This document shows, piece by piece, positions 8,756-17,329 of a stretch of 64,000 nucleotides of DNA (positions within the stretch are counted from its first letter, which is position 1; every line of letters begins with the position of its first letter). A program made the position numbers and the translations under genes. The notes beneath the pieces are model-generated. The model saw only the letters and a program-made list of their open reading frames with translations. It searched no databases and had not been told where the DNA came from. The DNA is from Clostridia bacterium. GTDB lineage: Bacteria; Bacillota; Clostridia; TANB77; RGIG9151. Location of the stretch: contig JAGBIO010000024.1 in assembly GCA_017934955.1 (NCBI GenBank), positions 14,550 to 78,549 of the forward strand. The letters run 5' to 3'.

Positions 8756-9939
8756 ACTTTTAAACTCTCCGGCGAATACATCTCATCTACATCCTTACCG
8801 TAATCAATTCCGGCAATATCAAAACCGAATAACTTGTAAAATTCATGCCAATATCCGCTAATATCGGTATATTTTTCTAAATTATCATGCTCAAGTTCCT
8901 TCCAAATTCTTTCAATTTCCTGTTGAACATCTTCTCTCATCTCTAAATCATCGATTCGAATCCGATTTTCCGTATCTACCGGTACCGTTCCGTCCGCCCG
9001 ATACAATCTCTCTGCAAATAAACGCTGTATCTGCTCGATACATCCTTCATGAATCCCTTTTTCCTTCATTACTTTATATAAAATCGATATGTATAAAGGA
9101 ACAACCGGAATCGCCGCACTGGACTGTGTTACAAGTGCTTTGTTCACCGAAACGTATGCCTTTACATCAGAATACTTTTTATTTAATTCCTCTGCCGAAC
9201 GATACAAATCTGCCTTCGCACGACCAATGGTTCCATCAAAATAAACCGGATACGTCAACTTCGGTCCGATATAAGAATATGCAACCGTAACCGCATTTTC
9301 CTCCAAAACGTCAGCATCTTTTAAGGCTTTCATCCAATCTTTCCAATCTTCTCCGCCCATTACCTTTACCGTCGCTTCAATTTCCTCTTCATTTGCCGCT
9401 TCAATCGTAACTTCCGACAATTCCTTCGTTCTCAAATCAATCGTTTTATTGGTATAAGTATCCCCGGTTGTCTTTAATACGGAATTATATGTCGTTCCAT
9501 CCGCTGTCGTTCTTCTTGGAGAAGCCAAGCTGTAAACAACCAAATCAACCTTTCCCAAATCTTTTTTAATCAATTCTATCGTTTGATCTTTAATCTCTTT
9601 CGAAAAAGCATCTCCGTTAATCGTCTTTGCATAATATCCTTCTTTTTTCGCGAATTCTTCAAAAGCAGCAGTATTATACCAACCGGCAGTTGCCGTACGT
9701 TTTCCATCGGAAGGTTTATCAAAAATAACTCCGATTGTCGCCGCACCGGCACCAAAAGCCGCTGTTATTCGAGAAGCCAAGCCATATCCCATCGAAGCCC
9801 CGATTACCAATACTTTTTTTGCCCCATTTATTGTTCCTTTATTTTTTACATATTCAATTTGTTCTTTCACATATTCACGGCACCCTTCCGGATGTGCTGT
9901 CGTACAGATAAATCCTCTGATTTTGGGTTCTATTACCAT
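8752..9939 (-). CDS. fabV: Trans-2-enoyl-CoA/ACP reductase (NADH), FabV/TER family
   Basis: 395 aa, N-terminus MVIEPKIRGFICTTAHPEGC. It is collinear with Treponema TER/FabV, including the GASMGYGLASRI nucleotide motif and Y..K catalytic region. Confidence 0.9.
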   Translation of the reverse strand: MVIEPKIRGFICTTAHPEGCREYVKEQIEYVKNKGTINGAKKVLVIGASMGYGLASRITAAFGAGAATIGVIFDKPSDGKRTATAGWYNTAAFEEFAKKEGYYAKTINGDAFSKEIKDQTIELIKKDLGKVDLVVYSLASPRRTTADGTTYNSVLKTTGDTYTNKTIDLRTKELSEVTIEAANEEEIEATVKVMGGEDWKDWMKALKDADVLEENAVTVAYSYIGPKLTYPVYFDGTIGRAKADLYRSAEELNKKYSDVKAYVSVNKALVTQSSAAIPVVPLYISILYKVMKEKGIHEGCIEQIQRLFAERLYRADGTVPVDTENRIRIDDLEMREDVQQEIERIWKELEHDNLEKYTDISGYWHEFYKLFGFDIAGIDYGKDVDEMYSPESLKV

Positions 9940-9991
9940 ATTTCTTCCTCCTTATCTCTAAATAATCAATTCATTATAGCAGAAAAAAGCA

Positions 9992-10040
9992 CAAAAAAAA
10001 AGACAAAATTTGGATGTTCTTCTCCAACATTTTGTCTATC
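9992..10040 (-). terminator. Rho-independent terminator downstream of the 10045..10503 gene
   Basis: On the minus strand, hairpin AGACAAAATGTTGGAG...CTCCAAATTTTGTCT is followed by a T9 run. Confidence 0.5.
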
Positions 10041-10044
10041 TTTT

Positions 10045-10503
10045 TTAATTTGCATTCAATCTTACCTCATTATACGGCATTTTAAAGCTTATCAATCCGG
10101 TTGTATTATTCGTTAATATCATTCCCCAAGAAAGCCACTTAAAAGCATTCCCAAGCGTTGACCCGGCGCTTATCGTAACACTCGATTCTACCGGTTGATC
10201 ACTTTCGATAATAATATCATTCACGCTTGTGATGAGCGGATATTCCGTCGGAATAATCGCCTCTATAATCACATCTTCCGCCGGCATAATAAAACTATCT
10301 TCCGTAATTACAACATTTCCTTGATTTACTTTCCAACCAAGGCAATCGCTACGCAAAATATTTAACGTAACCGCTTCATTAGCATTTTTCTGAATGGTAA
10401 TGCTTTGCCCATCTACAATAACTTGAAGTGAATACGCATATCCTATATTAATTAAAAAAATAAAACTCATTAAAAAACAACTCATTAAAAATTTCCGAAT
10501 CAT
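10045..10503 (-). CDS. Small secreted protein of unknown function (signal peptide)
   Basis: ORF with an N-terminal hydrophobic signal MIRKFLMSCFLMSFIFLINIGYAYS. No recognisable domain. Confidence 0.5.
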   Translation of the reverse strand: MIRKFLMSCFLMSFIFLINIGYAYSLQVIVDGQSITIQKNANEAVTLNILRSDCLGWKVNQGNVVITEDSFIMPAEDVIIEAIIPTEYPLITSVNDIIIESDQPVESSVTISAGSTLGNAFKWLSWGMILTNNTTGLISFKMPYNEVRLNAN

Positions 10504-10697
10504 ATAAACCTCCTTGTTTACAGACATTCGATGATAAGACTCTTTAAATATATATCGGCTTATTTTTATTGAAAATAAAGGGGTATTTTTGTTCTTCTTA
10601 CTACTATTTTATCACATTACGTAAACTTTTGCAATTTTTCTTTTTTTTCGCATAAATTCATAAAAAACGAATAAACTACCTAAGAGGTGAAATATCA

Positions 10698-10901
10698 ATG
10701 GAAACAACTGTATTTAATGTCAATACTTTATCGGCCAATCAAGCATTAGAAGTAAAAAATTGGTTAACTTCCATGCCGGGAGTGGATGATGTCGCAGTCG
10801 ATGTCAGCGGAGCAACCATCACAATTGTATACGATCCCGCAACAACAGACAGAGGTTCTTTAAGAAGCTCCATGGCTGCAGTAGGCGTAAGATTAAACTA
10901 A
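10698..10901 (+). CDS. Small protein with a ferredoxin-like (HMA-like, Cys-less) fold, unknown function
   Basis: 67 aa with RBS AGAGGTG 7 nt upstream. The beta-alpha-beta-beta-alpha-beta pattern (V.V.GATITIVYD...) lacks the CxxC metal motif. Confidence 0.5.
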   Translation: METTVFNVNTLSANQALEVKNWLTSMPGVDDVAVDVSGATITIVYDPATTDRGSLRSSMAAVGVRLN

Positions 10902-10932
10902 TTTCACCCTATTATAATAAGGAGTGAAGAAT

Positions 10933-11082
10933 ATGGGAAAAAATAGAAATAGAGACTTTGATGCCGGTAAAACAACAAAAACAGGAGAGTTAATCCCTTC
11001 TATGTTTAACTGGACCGATCCGGATAAACAAAAGCAAATTACAGATAAATTAGCGAAAGTAACAGAAAAAAAATCTCATTAA
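10933..11082 (+). CDS. Small hypothetical protein (49 aa), Lys-rich
   Basis: ATG preceded by AAGGAGTG RBS, translating MGKNRNRDFDAGKTTKTGELIPSMFNWTDPDKQKQITDKLAKVTEKKSH. It is not in the ORF track because it is under 60 aa. Confidence 0.35.
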   Translation: MGKNRNRDFDAGKTTKTGELIPSMFNWTDPDKQKQITDKLAKVTEKKSH

Positions 11083-11117
11083 GAACAAAAGGGGTTGTAA
11101 AAAAAGTGTTCTGAAAA

Positions 11118-11150
11118 ATTGTAGGGGCGAGCATTGCTCGCCCGAATTTC
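11118..11150. repeat. REP-like hairpin, family D (TGTAGGGGCGAGCA-TT-GCTCGCCC)
   Basis: A GTAG leader plus a perfect 9-bp palindrome. A second copy lies at 40953-40985. Confidence 0.8.
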
Positions 11151-11168
11151 AAAACACCTTCCTACATA

Positions 11169-12104
11169 CTAAAACATTCTTCGTTTATACAAGAAGAAAA
11201 TCGGAACCACCGACACAACAAGCGCGATTCCCATAACAATATAAAACGCATAGGGATTATTTTGGAAAGGCAAATTGACATTCATACCGTAAATACTCGA
11301 AACCAACGTCGGAATCGTAATTAAAATCGTTACCGACGTTAAAAACTTCATAACGTTATTTACGTTATTCGAAATAATCGACGCAAAAGTATCCATCGTT
11401 CCGCTCAAAATACCGGTAAAAATATTCGTCATCTCAATTGCCTGCTTATTCTCGATGATCACATCTTCCAACAATTCCATATCATCCGGATACTGTTTTA
11501 AATATTCCAATTTCAGCATCTTCTCTAACACCAATTCATTTGACTTTAATGACGTTGAGAAATAAACCATACTTTTTTCCAACGCCAATAAATCCAACAG
11601 TTCATCATTTCCCATCGATTTATATAATTGTTTTTCCACACGCTCGGTAATTTTATCGATATGGCGCAAATATCTTACGAAAGTATAAGCCACCCGATAC
11701 AAAATCTGCAAAACAAAGCGATTTTTAAAATTCGTATAAAATCCTTTAATTCTTCCGCTTGAAAAATCATTAATAACCGAATTTTCTTCCGAACAAACTG
11801 TAATAATCGCATTCGGAAGCATAATAATACCAAGCGGAACTGTCGAATATACAATAACTTCCCCCTGCTTTTCAATCGAAGGAATATCAATCACAACCAA
11901 CGTCTGACCTTCATCGTTCACCTCAATTCGCGAGCGTTCCTCCTCATCGGTAACCGCCGTCAAATAGGTCGTTTCAATCTTAAATTTATCCTTTAATTGC
12001 TGGATTTCCTCTGTTGTCGGAGAAGTTACATTAATCCATGCACCATCTTCAAAATTTTCCAATTTTTTTACTTGATTATCTACTGTTTTATACATTTCTA
12101 CCAT
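11169..12104 (-). CDS. corA: Magnesium/cobalt transporter CorA
   Basis: 311 aa with a cytoplasmic N-domain and two C-terminal TM helices carrying the YGMNV (GMN) signature. Confidence 0.85.
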   Translation of the reverse strand: MVEMYKTVDNQVKKLENFEDGAWINVTSPTTEEIQQLKDKFKIETTYLTAVTDEEERSRIEVNDEGQTLVVIDIPSIEKQGEVIVYSTVPLGIIMLPNAIITVCSEENSVINDFSSGRIKGFYTNFKNRFVLQILYRVAYTFVRYLRHIDKITERVEKQLYKSMGNDELLDLLALEKSMVYFSTSLKSNELVLEKMLKLEYLKQYPDDMELLEDVIIENKQAIEMTNIFTGILSGTMDTFASIISNNVNNVMKFLTSVTILITIPTLVSSIYGMNVNLPFQNNPYAFYIVMGIALVVSVVPIFFLYKRRMF

Positions 12105-12299
12105 CTAAATCCGCCTCCATCCATTATTTTGCTGTATTGCGGAATCATAATTCCGCAACTAAGAGACGATGGGCAGAGGATCCTCATACTCTTCGCAAAT
12201 ACCCGTTATTAACAAAGCTATATTCATATCTCTCCCCCCTTTAGCCTATTCATTATACTATTAATATGTATTTTCTTCAAGCAATTGGTACAGATTTTA

Positions 12300-12460
12300 T
12301 AAAGAGATAGTTACTGATCAGACTTAACAACTTATTATTTTCGCTAAAGCCTTGTAGGGACAGCATTCATGCTGTCCTGCATTCCGCATTTTCTGTGGAC
12401 AGCATAAATGCTGTCCCTACACTATTTATGCTATTTCTATAAATTTAAGTCTGAATAGTA
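12300..12460. mobile_element. MITE-like REPIN element (family A) with AGTCTGA-type outer inverted repeats
   Basis: TGATCAGACTTAACAA...TTGTAGGGACAGCATTCATGCTGTCC...GGACAGCATAAATGCTGTCCCTACA...TTTAAGTCTGAATAGTA. Confidence 0.7.
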
Positions 12461-12469
12461 ACAAGAGAG

Positions 12470-12610
12470 AACAAAAGTGTTTTGCGCAGGCAAAACACCT
12501 GCGCCGAACGCGAGTTGCGTAGCAACATTCCTTTCGCGTGAGTGTGCTTCCCTGCGGAGCGTTTTTTGTTGTATAGGCAAAATCTTTGATTTTTCCTATA
12601 CAACAAAAAA
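12470..12610. repeat. ~140-bp composite structured repeat (family E), copy 1 of 3
   Basis: AAAAGTGTTTTGCGCAGGCAAAAC...GCGAGTTGCGTAGCAAC...TGTATAGGCAAAATCTTTGATTTTTCCTATACA with several internal hairpins. Near-identical copies lie at 40985-41125 (opposite orientation) and 46113-46128 plus 46255-46400. Confidence 0.75.
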
Positions 12611-12640
12611 ATCCTCCGGTATCTCTACCGAAGGATTTTG
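12604..12640 (-). terminator. Rho-independent terminator of the rpsF-ssb-rpsR operon
   Basis: On the minus strand, AAAATCCTTCGGTAGAGATACCGGAGGATTTTTTT is a hairpin plus T-run, immediately after the rpsR stop. Confidence 0.5.
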
Positions 12641-12645
12641 ATTTC

Positions 12646-12918
12646 TTATTCTAATGTATAAGGAAGTAACGCAATGTGTCTTGCTCTTTTAATAGCAATT
12701 GTCAATTCTCTTTGATGCTTTGCACACAATCCGGTTACTCTTCTTGGAAGAATCTTTCCTTTTTCAGAAACATATTTCTTGATTTTATCTACTTGCTTAA
12801 AATCAATTTCTAAGTTCTTGTCTGCACAGTAAGCACAAACTTTTCTCTTAGGCTTTCTGATTCTTACATTATCGTCATCATTGTTGTTTCTGTTATTCTT
12901 CTTGTAATTTCCAGCCAT
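12646..12918 (-). CDS. rpsR: 30S ribosomal protein S18
   Basis: Conserved S18 core ([62 protein letters not shown]). The start is placed at MAGNYKK. Confidence 0.9.
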   Translation of the reverse strand: MAGNYKKNNRNNNDDDNVRIRKPKRKVCAYCADKNLEIDFKQVDKIKKYVSEKGKILPRRVTGLCAKHQRELTIAIKRARHIALLPYTLE

Positions 12919-12970
12919 TCTATTTCCCTCCCAACTAAAATTCATAGTGGTATGTCATTATTTCATACAC

Positions 12971-13411
12971 TTAAAACGGTAAATTGGAATCATCTTCGAT
13001 TGCCGTAAAACCGTCTGTTGAAGGAATATTGGATGCCTGCGTAGGTACATTAAATCCCGAATCAAAAGTATTTGCGCCGTCAGCCCTCTTACTGTCTGCG
13101 AAATGTGCCTCTTCCGCAATCACTTCCGTTACATATACTTTTTTACCATCTTTATCATCATAATTTCTGGTTTGTAATCTTCCGCAAATGGCTACTTGCT
13201 GACCTTTTACAAAGTACTTACTGCAAAATTCGCCTAATTTGCTCCATGCAACAACATTAATAAAATCAGCTTGTCTCTCTTCTCCGGCTCTAACTCTTCT
13301 GTCTACCGCCAAAGTAAAAGAACATACCAACGTATTATTCGTTGTCGTATATCTTACTTCAGGATCTCTTGTCAGTCTTCCCATTAACAATACCTTATTT
13401 AACATATCCAA
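12971..13411 (-). CDS. ssb: Single-stranded DNA-binding protein SSB
   Basis: OB-fold N-terminus (MLNKVLLMGRLTRDPEVRYT), an acidic tail ending DDSNLPF, and position between rpsF and rpsR. Confidence 0.9.
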   Translation of the reverse strand: MDMLNKVLLMGRLTRDPEVRYTTTNNTLVCSFTLAVDRRVRAGEERQADFINVVAWSKLGEFCSKYFVKGQQVAICGRLQTRNYDDKDGKKVYVTEVIAEEAHFADSKRADGANTFDSGFNVPTQASNIPSTDGFTAIEDDSNLPF

Positions 13412-13431
13412 TTCCTCCTAATATTTCATAA

Positions 13432-13722
13432 TTAGTCTTCTTTTTTAATTGTAATAAACTTCAATACGCTGTCTGTAATCTTGTAAACTCTTTCTAATTC
13501 GCTGATAAATTCAGGATTTGCTTCAAAGTTTACCAATACATAATAGCCTTGTTCAAACTTTTTAATCGGATAAGCAAGCTTTTTGAGGCCCCATTCTTGA
13601 GTCTCGGAAACCTTACCACCTTCCGTTTCAATCAAAGTATTGAATTTCTCAACGATTCCCTTCATTGCTTCTCCCTCTGTATTAGGATTTACAATGTAAA
13701 TTGATTCATATTTGTTGAGCAT
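13432..13722 (-). CDS. rpsF: 30S ribosomal protein S6
   Basis: 96 aa, MLNKYESIYIVNPN...EWGLKKLAYPI..., the classic S6. It is the first gene of the rpsF-ssb-rpsR operon. Confidence 0.9.
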   Translation of the reverse strand: MLNKYESIYIVNPNTEGEAMKGIVEKFNTLIETEGGKVSETQEWGLKKLAYPIKKFEQGYYVLVNFEANPEFISELERVYKITDSVLKFITIKKED

Positions 13723-13810
13723 TCATTTCACCTCCTTTTGGACTTCTTGACCCTGTCCTGCGACAGAGTAAGGAAAACTGCCTTATCATCATATCACAGG
13801 TTTACAAAAA
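13723..13810 (-). promoter_or_regulatory. rpsF promoter (TTGCAT-17-TATGAT) and a putative S6:S18-binding 5' leader
   Basis: On the minus strand, TTGCATtttttgtaaacctgtgaTATGAT is followed by a ~65-nt leader containing the CTGTC-GCAG-GACAG hairpin before the RBS GGAGGTG. S6:S18 autoregulatory leaders are known at this position. Confidence 0.4.
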
Positions 13811-13861
13811 ATGCAAGAACAAAACAAATTTTTTCTGTTTTCTCTTTCTGATTTCGCCCAA

Positions 13862-13893
13862 ACTGTAGGGGACGACGTCCTCGACGTCCCGCT
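13862..13893. repeat. REP-like hairpin, family C
   Basis: cTGTAGGGGACGACGTCCTCGACGTCCCGCTTT. Confidence 0.8.
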
Positions 13894-13971
13894 TTTTCTA
13901 CCGCCATTATATTCCATCTATTTCCAATTTTCAATCAAAATCATTCGACAAATTTCGCACATTGAAAAAGT

Positions 13972-14190
13972 AGCTGTAAAAAAACTGCCTCAGGAAAATA
14001 AAATTTTCAAAACAATGACGGAGAACCGGCAAGTACAAACGGATAAGGAATGGGTAAACTCAACACGAGGTTGAGTTTAGCTTACCCCTGCCATGGACGG
14101 CAGATGTAAGCGGCCCATTCCGTTTCATTTTGTACTCCGGTTTGTAGTCCCTGTTTTGAAAATTTTATTTTCCTGAGGCAGTTTTTTACA
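13972..14190. repeat. ~210-bp element bounded by 35-40-bp perfect terminal inverted repeats with a highly structured interior (candidate MITE or structured ncRNA)
   Basis: Left arm CTGTAAAAAAACTGCCTCAGGAAAATAAAATTTTCAAAACA (13972-14012) and right arm TGTTTTGAAAATTTTATTTTCCTGAGGCAGTTTTTTACA (14148-14190) are perfect reverse complements. The interior has nested helices CCGGCAAGTACAAA/TTTGTACTCCGG and AAGGAATGGG/CCCATTCC and hairpins GGTAAACTCAACACGAGGTTGAGTTTAGC and CTGCCATGGACGGCAG. Confidence 0.5.
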
Positions 14191-14200
14191 ACCACTTCTA

Positions 14201-14881
14201 TTAATTTAATCCTCTTACTCCGCTCACACCCGCAAACTGTGCCGTACTTAACACATACGCCTCCTTATGCGGTGCAAAATTGTGATAAACGGGATCGTTG
14301 GTAACGGTATTGCGGAATTGCTGTAAAAAATACTTATCCCCACGATTCACAAAAGTATGGGCAATCTCGTTAATATCGTTTCGATCCAAAATCGGCAAAT
14401 ACGTCGTCCGAAATTCATGTTGAATTCCGCTTTTCTTAATTACTTCAATGGATTTCTTCAAAACTTCCAAATCCACTTCTCTGCCAACCACTTTTCTATA
14501 CTTCTTCGGCGACGCCTTTATATCCATCGCAATATAATCAATCAATTTTTCCTGCAAAAGCTCCTCAATCACTTCCGGATGTGTCCCGTTGGTATCTAAC
14601 TTCACTTTGTACCCCAACGCCTTAATTTCCTTAATAAAATCCTTCAAATCAGGATTGCAAGTCGGTTCTCCACCGCTGATACAAACCGCATCCAACATAT
14701 CACGACGCAATTTCAAATATTCCATTACTTCCTTCTTTTCAATATAATTTCCATCGCCGGAAATCAGAGAAGGATTGTGACAATAACCACAATTAAAATT
14801 ACATCCCACCAAAAAAATCGAACAAGCCAATTCTCCCGGATAATCTACCGTCGAAAGTTTCTCATAACCGCCAATTCTCAT
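14201..14881 (-). CDS. nrdG: Anaerobic ribonucleoside-triphosphate reductase activating protein (radical SAM)
   Basis: 226 aa with a CNFNCGYC radical-SAM cluster motif near the N-terminus. It sits immediately downstream of nrdD. Confidence 0.85.
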   Translation of the reverse strand: MRIGGYEKLSTVDYPGELACSIFLVGCNFNCGYCHNPSLISGDGNYIEKKEVMEYLKLRRDMLDAVCISGGEPTCNPDLKDFIKEIKALGYKVKLDTNGTHPEVIEELLQEKLIDYIAMDIKASPKKYRKVVGREVDLEVLKKSIEVIKKSGIQHEFRTTYLPILDRNDINEIAHTFVNRGDKYFLQQFRNTVTNDPVYHNFAPHKEAYVLSTAQFAGVSGVRGLN

Positions 14882-14933
14882 TCGTACTCAGCCCCTTCAT
14901 CTGTTGCGGCTATTTTCCCAACCGAAAATGCCA

Positions 14934-17066
14934 TTAATTTAACGTCGTCTCACATTCACAATCCGTCAAATCTCCCAATTGCTCCTCACGAATCACATAC
15001 TTCTTGCGGTCGTTATATTCCTGTTTCTTTCCTAAATGGAAGTTTCCAACCGGACGAATAAAGCCAACCACTCTCGACCAAATCTCAGTATCGCCTCCGC
15101 AAGTCGGGCAACAGGATTGTTCACCCTTCAAATAACCATGCTCCGGACAAACACTAAACGTAGGAGTAATCGAGATATACGGTAATTTATGCGTTCCTAA
15201 CGCTTTTTGAATTAATTTCTTTGCTACCTTTGTATCTTCAATGCTTTCTCCTAAGTATAAATGCAATACTGTACCGCCGGTATATGTGCACTGTAAATCA
15301 TCTTGCAAATCCAACGTCTTAAAGATATCATCGGTAAACTTAACCGGAAGTTGTGTAGAATTCGTATAATAAGGAACTTCTCCACCTGCTGTAATAATAT
15401 CTTTTCCGTATTTCTCACGATCAATCTTCGCAAGTCTGTAAGAAACGCCTTCTGCCGGTGTCGCTTCCAAGTTGTAAACATGACCGGTTTCCTCTTGATA
15501 TCCGGTAATAATATCTCTTAAATAATTCATCACATCTAAAGCAATCTTTTGACCGTCTTCTGTCGTTAAATCCTTTCCGATTAAGTTCAAAAGTGCTTCA
15601 TTCATACCGATTACACCGATGGTGCTAAAATGATTGTGCCAGTAATCACCGAATCTCTCTTTCGCACCCTTTAAATATCTTGCACAATAAGGATATAGTC
15701 CCTTTTCTGTTTCCTCTTCAATCACTTTTCTCTTAATTTCCAAAGACTGTTTTGCCTTATCCGCAACATCCTTTATCATTGCCTTGAATTCCTCTACACT
15801 CTTTGCTTCAAAACCAAGACGAGGCAAGTTAATCGTTACAACACCAATGGAACCGGTAAGCGGGTTAGAGCCAAATAGTCCGCCGCCTCTTTTTCTAAGT
15901 TCCTTCAAATTCAATCTCAAACGACAACACATCGAAAGTGCATCATCCGGTGATAAGTCCGAATTAACATAGTTTGCAAAATACGGCGTTCCATACTTAC
16001 AAGTAATCTTCATATAATCTTCAATTACCTCAGAATCCCAATTCAAATCCTTCGTAATATTTAACGTCGGAATCGGGAAAGTAAAGGTTCTGCCATGCGC
16101 GTCTCCCTCATACATTACCTCGCAGAATGCCTTATTAATCATATCGCTTTCCTTTTGGAATTCGCCATAAGTTTTATCCATATATTGACCGCCGATAATC
16201 ACCGGTTCATTCTTTAAATTCTCCGGAATTGTCACATTCATCGTCAAATTAGAAAACGGACATTGGAATCCCACTCTTGTCGGCACATTCATATTAAAAA
16301 TAAACTCTTGAATCGCCTGCTTTACCTGAGGATAATCTAAATTATCGTAATATACAAACGGCGCGCAGAAAGTATCAAATCCAGACCAAGCCTGTGCTCC
16401 TGCTGTTTCCCCTTGTGTCGTAAATGTAGAATTTACAATTTGGCCTAAGAAGGATCTTAAATGTTTCGCCGGCTTACTATCCACTTTTCCCGGAACGCCG
16501 CCGAATCCTTCGGTAAGAAGCTGTCTTAAATCCCATCCGGTACAATATGCGCCGAAAAATCCCAAATCATGAAGATGCATTTCTCCCGATTCATGCGCTT
16601 TACGAATATTCTCCGGATAAACCTCATTTAACCAATACATTTTGGTAAATGCTTCTCTAACATAATTGTTTAAGCCGTTAATACTCTTTTGCATATTAGA
16701 GTTTTCCTTAATCAGCCAATCCTTATCCCCAAGATATTTCGAGAACATATCAATCGTACCGCCGATTAAAGCGTTCGTTTCTCTCGCACCCTTCCGCTTT
16801 TCTCTATATAAAATATAAGCCTTGGCTGTTTTGGCATGACCATTCTCAATCAAAACCTTTTCAACAATATCCTGCACATCCTCCACATTCGGAACTTTAT
16901 CCGCAAACTGCTTCTCGACAATCTTCATTACTTCATTCGACAAAGCCTCCGCCTTGCTGTAGTCCTCTCCACCACAAGCATGTGCCGCCTTAAAAATCGC
17001 CCTTGTGATTTTCTCCTGATGAAATTCCACAACTTCACCGTTTCTCTTACGAATTTTTGTGATCAT
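14934..17066 (-). CDS. nrdD: Anaerobic ribonucleoside-triphosphate reductase (class III RNR) NrdD
   Basis: 710 aa with an N-terminal ATP-cone (MITKIRKRNGEVVEF..). The C-terminal Zn-ribbon (CPEHGY..CCPTCGG) sits next to the glycyl-radical region (SRVVGFIRPV). Confidence 0.9.
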   Translation of the reverse strand: MITKIRKRNGEVVEFHQEKITRAIFKAAHACGGEDYSKAEALSNEVMKIVEKQFADKVPNVEDVQDIVEKVLIENGHAKTAKAYILYREKRKGARETNALIGGTIDMFSKYLGDKDWLIKENSNMQKSINGLNNYVREAFTKMYWLNEVYPENIRKAHESGEMHLHDLGFFGAYCTGWDLRQLLTEGFGGVPGKVDSKPAKHLRSFLGQIVNSTFTTQGETAGAQAWSGFDTFCAPFVYYDNLDYPQVKQAIQEFIFNMNVPTRVGFQCPFSNLTMNVTIPENLKNEPVIIGGQYMDKTYGEFQKESDMINKAFCEVMYEGDAHGRTFTFPIPTLNITKDLNWDSEVIEDYMKITCKYGTPYFANYVNSDLSPDDALSMCCRLRLNLKELRKRGGGLFGSNPLTGSIGVVTINLPRLGFEAKSVEEFKAMIKDVADKAKQSLEIKRKVIEEETEKGLYPYCARYLKGAKERFGDYWHNHFSTIGVIGMNEALLNLIGKDLTTEDGQKIALDVMNYLRDIITGYQEETGHVYNLEATPAEGVSYRLAKIDREKYGKDIITAGGEVPYYTNSTQLPVKFTDDIFKTLDLQDDLQCTYTGGTVLHLYLGESIEDTKVAKKLIQKALGTHKLPYISITPTFSVCPEHGYLKGEQSCCPTCGGDTEIWSRVVGFIRPVGNFHLGKKQEYNDRKKYVIREEQLGDLTDCECETTLN

Positions 17067-17122
17067 TCTGCTCTCCTCCTATGTTTCTTCATAATTTATC
17101 CAGAGACTATATCGTCATTCTG

Positions 17123-17170
17123 CACACAAGATTTAGTGGTTTTTTAAAAATATATAACAATATCTTGTGT
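17123..17170. promoter_or_regulatory. Putative tandem NrdR boxes upstream of nrdDG
   Basis: ACACAAGATTTAGTGG at 17123-17138, and AACAATATCTTGTGTT at 17156-17171 whose reverse complement is ACACAAGATATTGT. Both fit the NrdR box consensus acaCwAtATaTwGtgt, with centres ~32 bp apart (three helical turns), the typical NrdR arrangement. Confidence 0.45.
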
Positions 17171-17329
17171 TTTATTCTTCTTCCACTATATAGTTTAAAA
17201 ACAGAGAAAACAAGATTTAAATATCTTATTTTCTCTGTTTTTCTTCCATATTCTCGCTATTATAAAACTTAGGACTAAAGTACCGATTGTCAAGTTAACG
17301 AAAGAAGATTGTTTCTCACTCTGCTAAAC

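Noticed and set aside
12105-12245. Mg2+ riboswitch (M-box) in the corA 5' leader
   Set aside because: Only a simple hairpin (TTGCGGAATTATGATTCCGCAA) is present. None of the conserved M-box blocks could be recognised by eye, so no call is made without a covariance-model search.
12560-12610. Long perfect hairpin at the end of the family-E repeat as an intrinsic terminator
   Set aside because: On both strands the T-run precedes the stem and the A-run follows it, so it cannot act as a canonical hairpin-plus-U-tract terminator. The real rpsR terminator is the separate hairpin at 12604-12640 on the minus strand.
13811-14074. 87-aa ORF-track call between rpsF and nrdG
   Set aside because: It runs across a family-C REP hairpin and into the left arm of the 210-bp inverted-repeat element. 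It has no RBS, so it is treated as non-coding.
14060-14135. Small self-cleaving ribozyme (twister-like) inside the 210-bp inverted-repeat element
   Set aside because: A UAAGCGGCC segment is superficially reminiscent of twister. The other conserved positions could not be aligned by eye, so the idea cannot be supported without Infernal.
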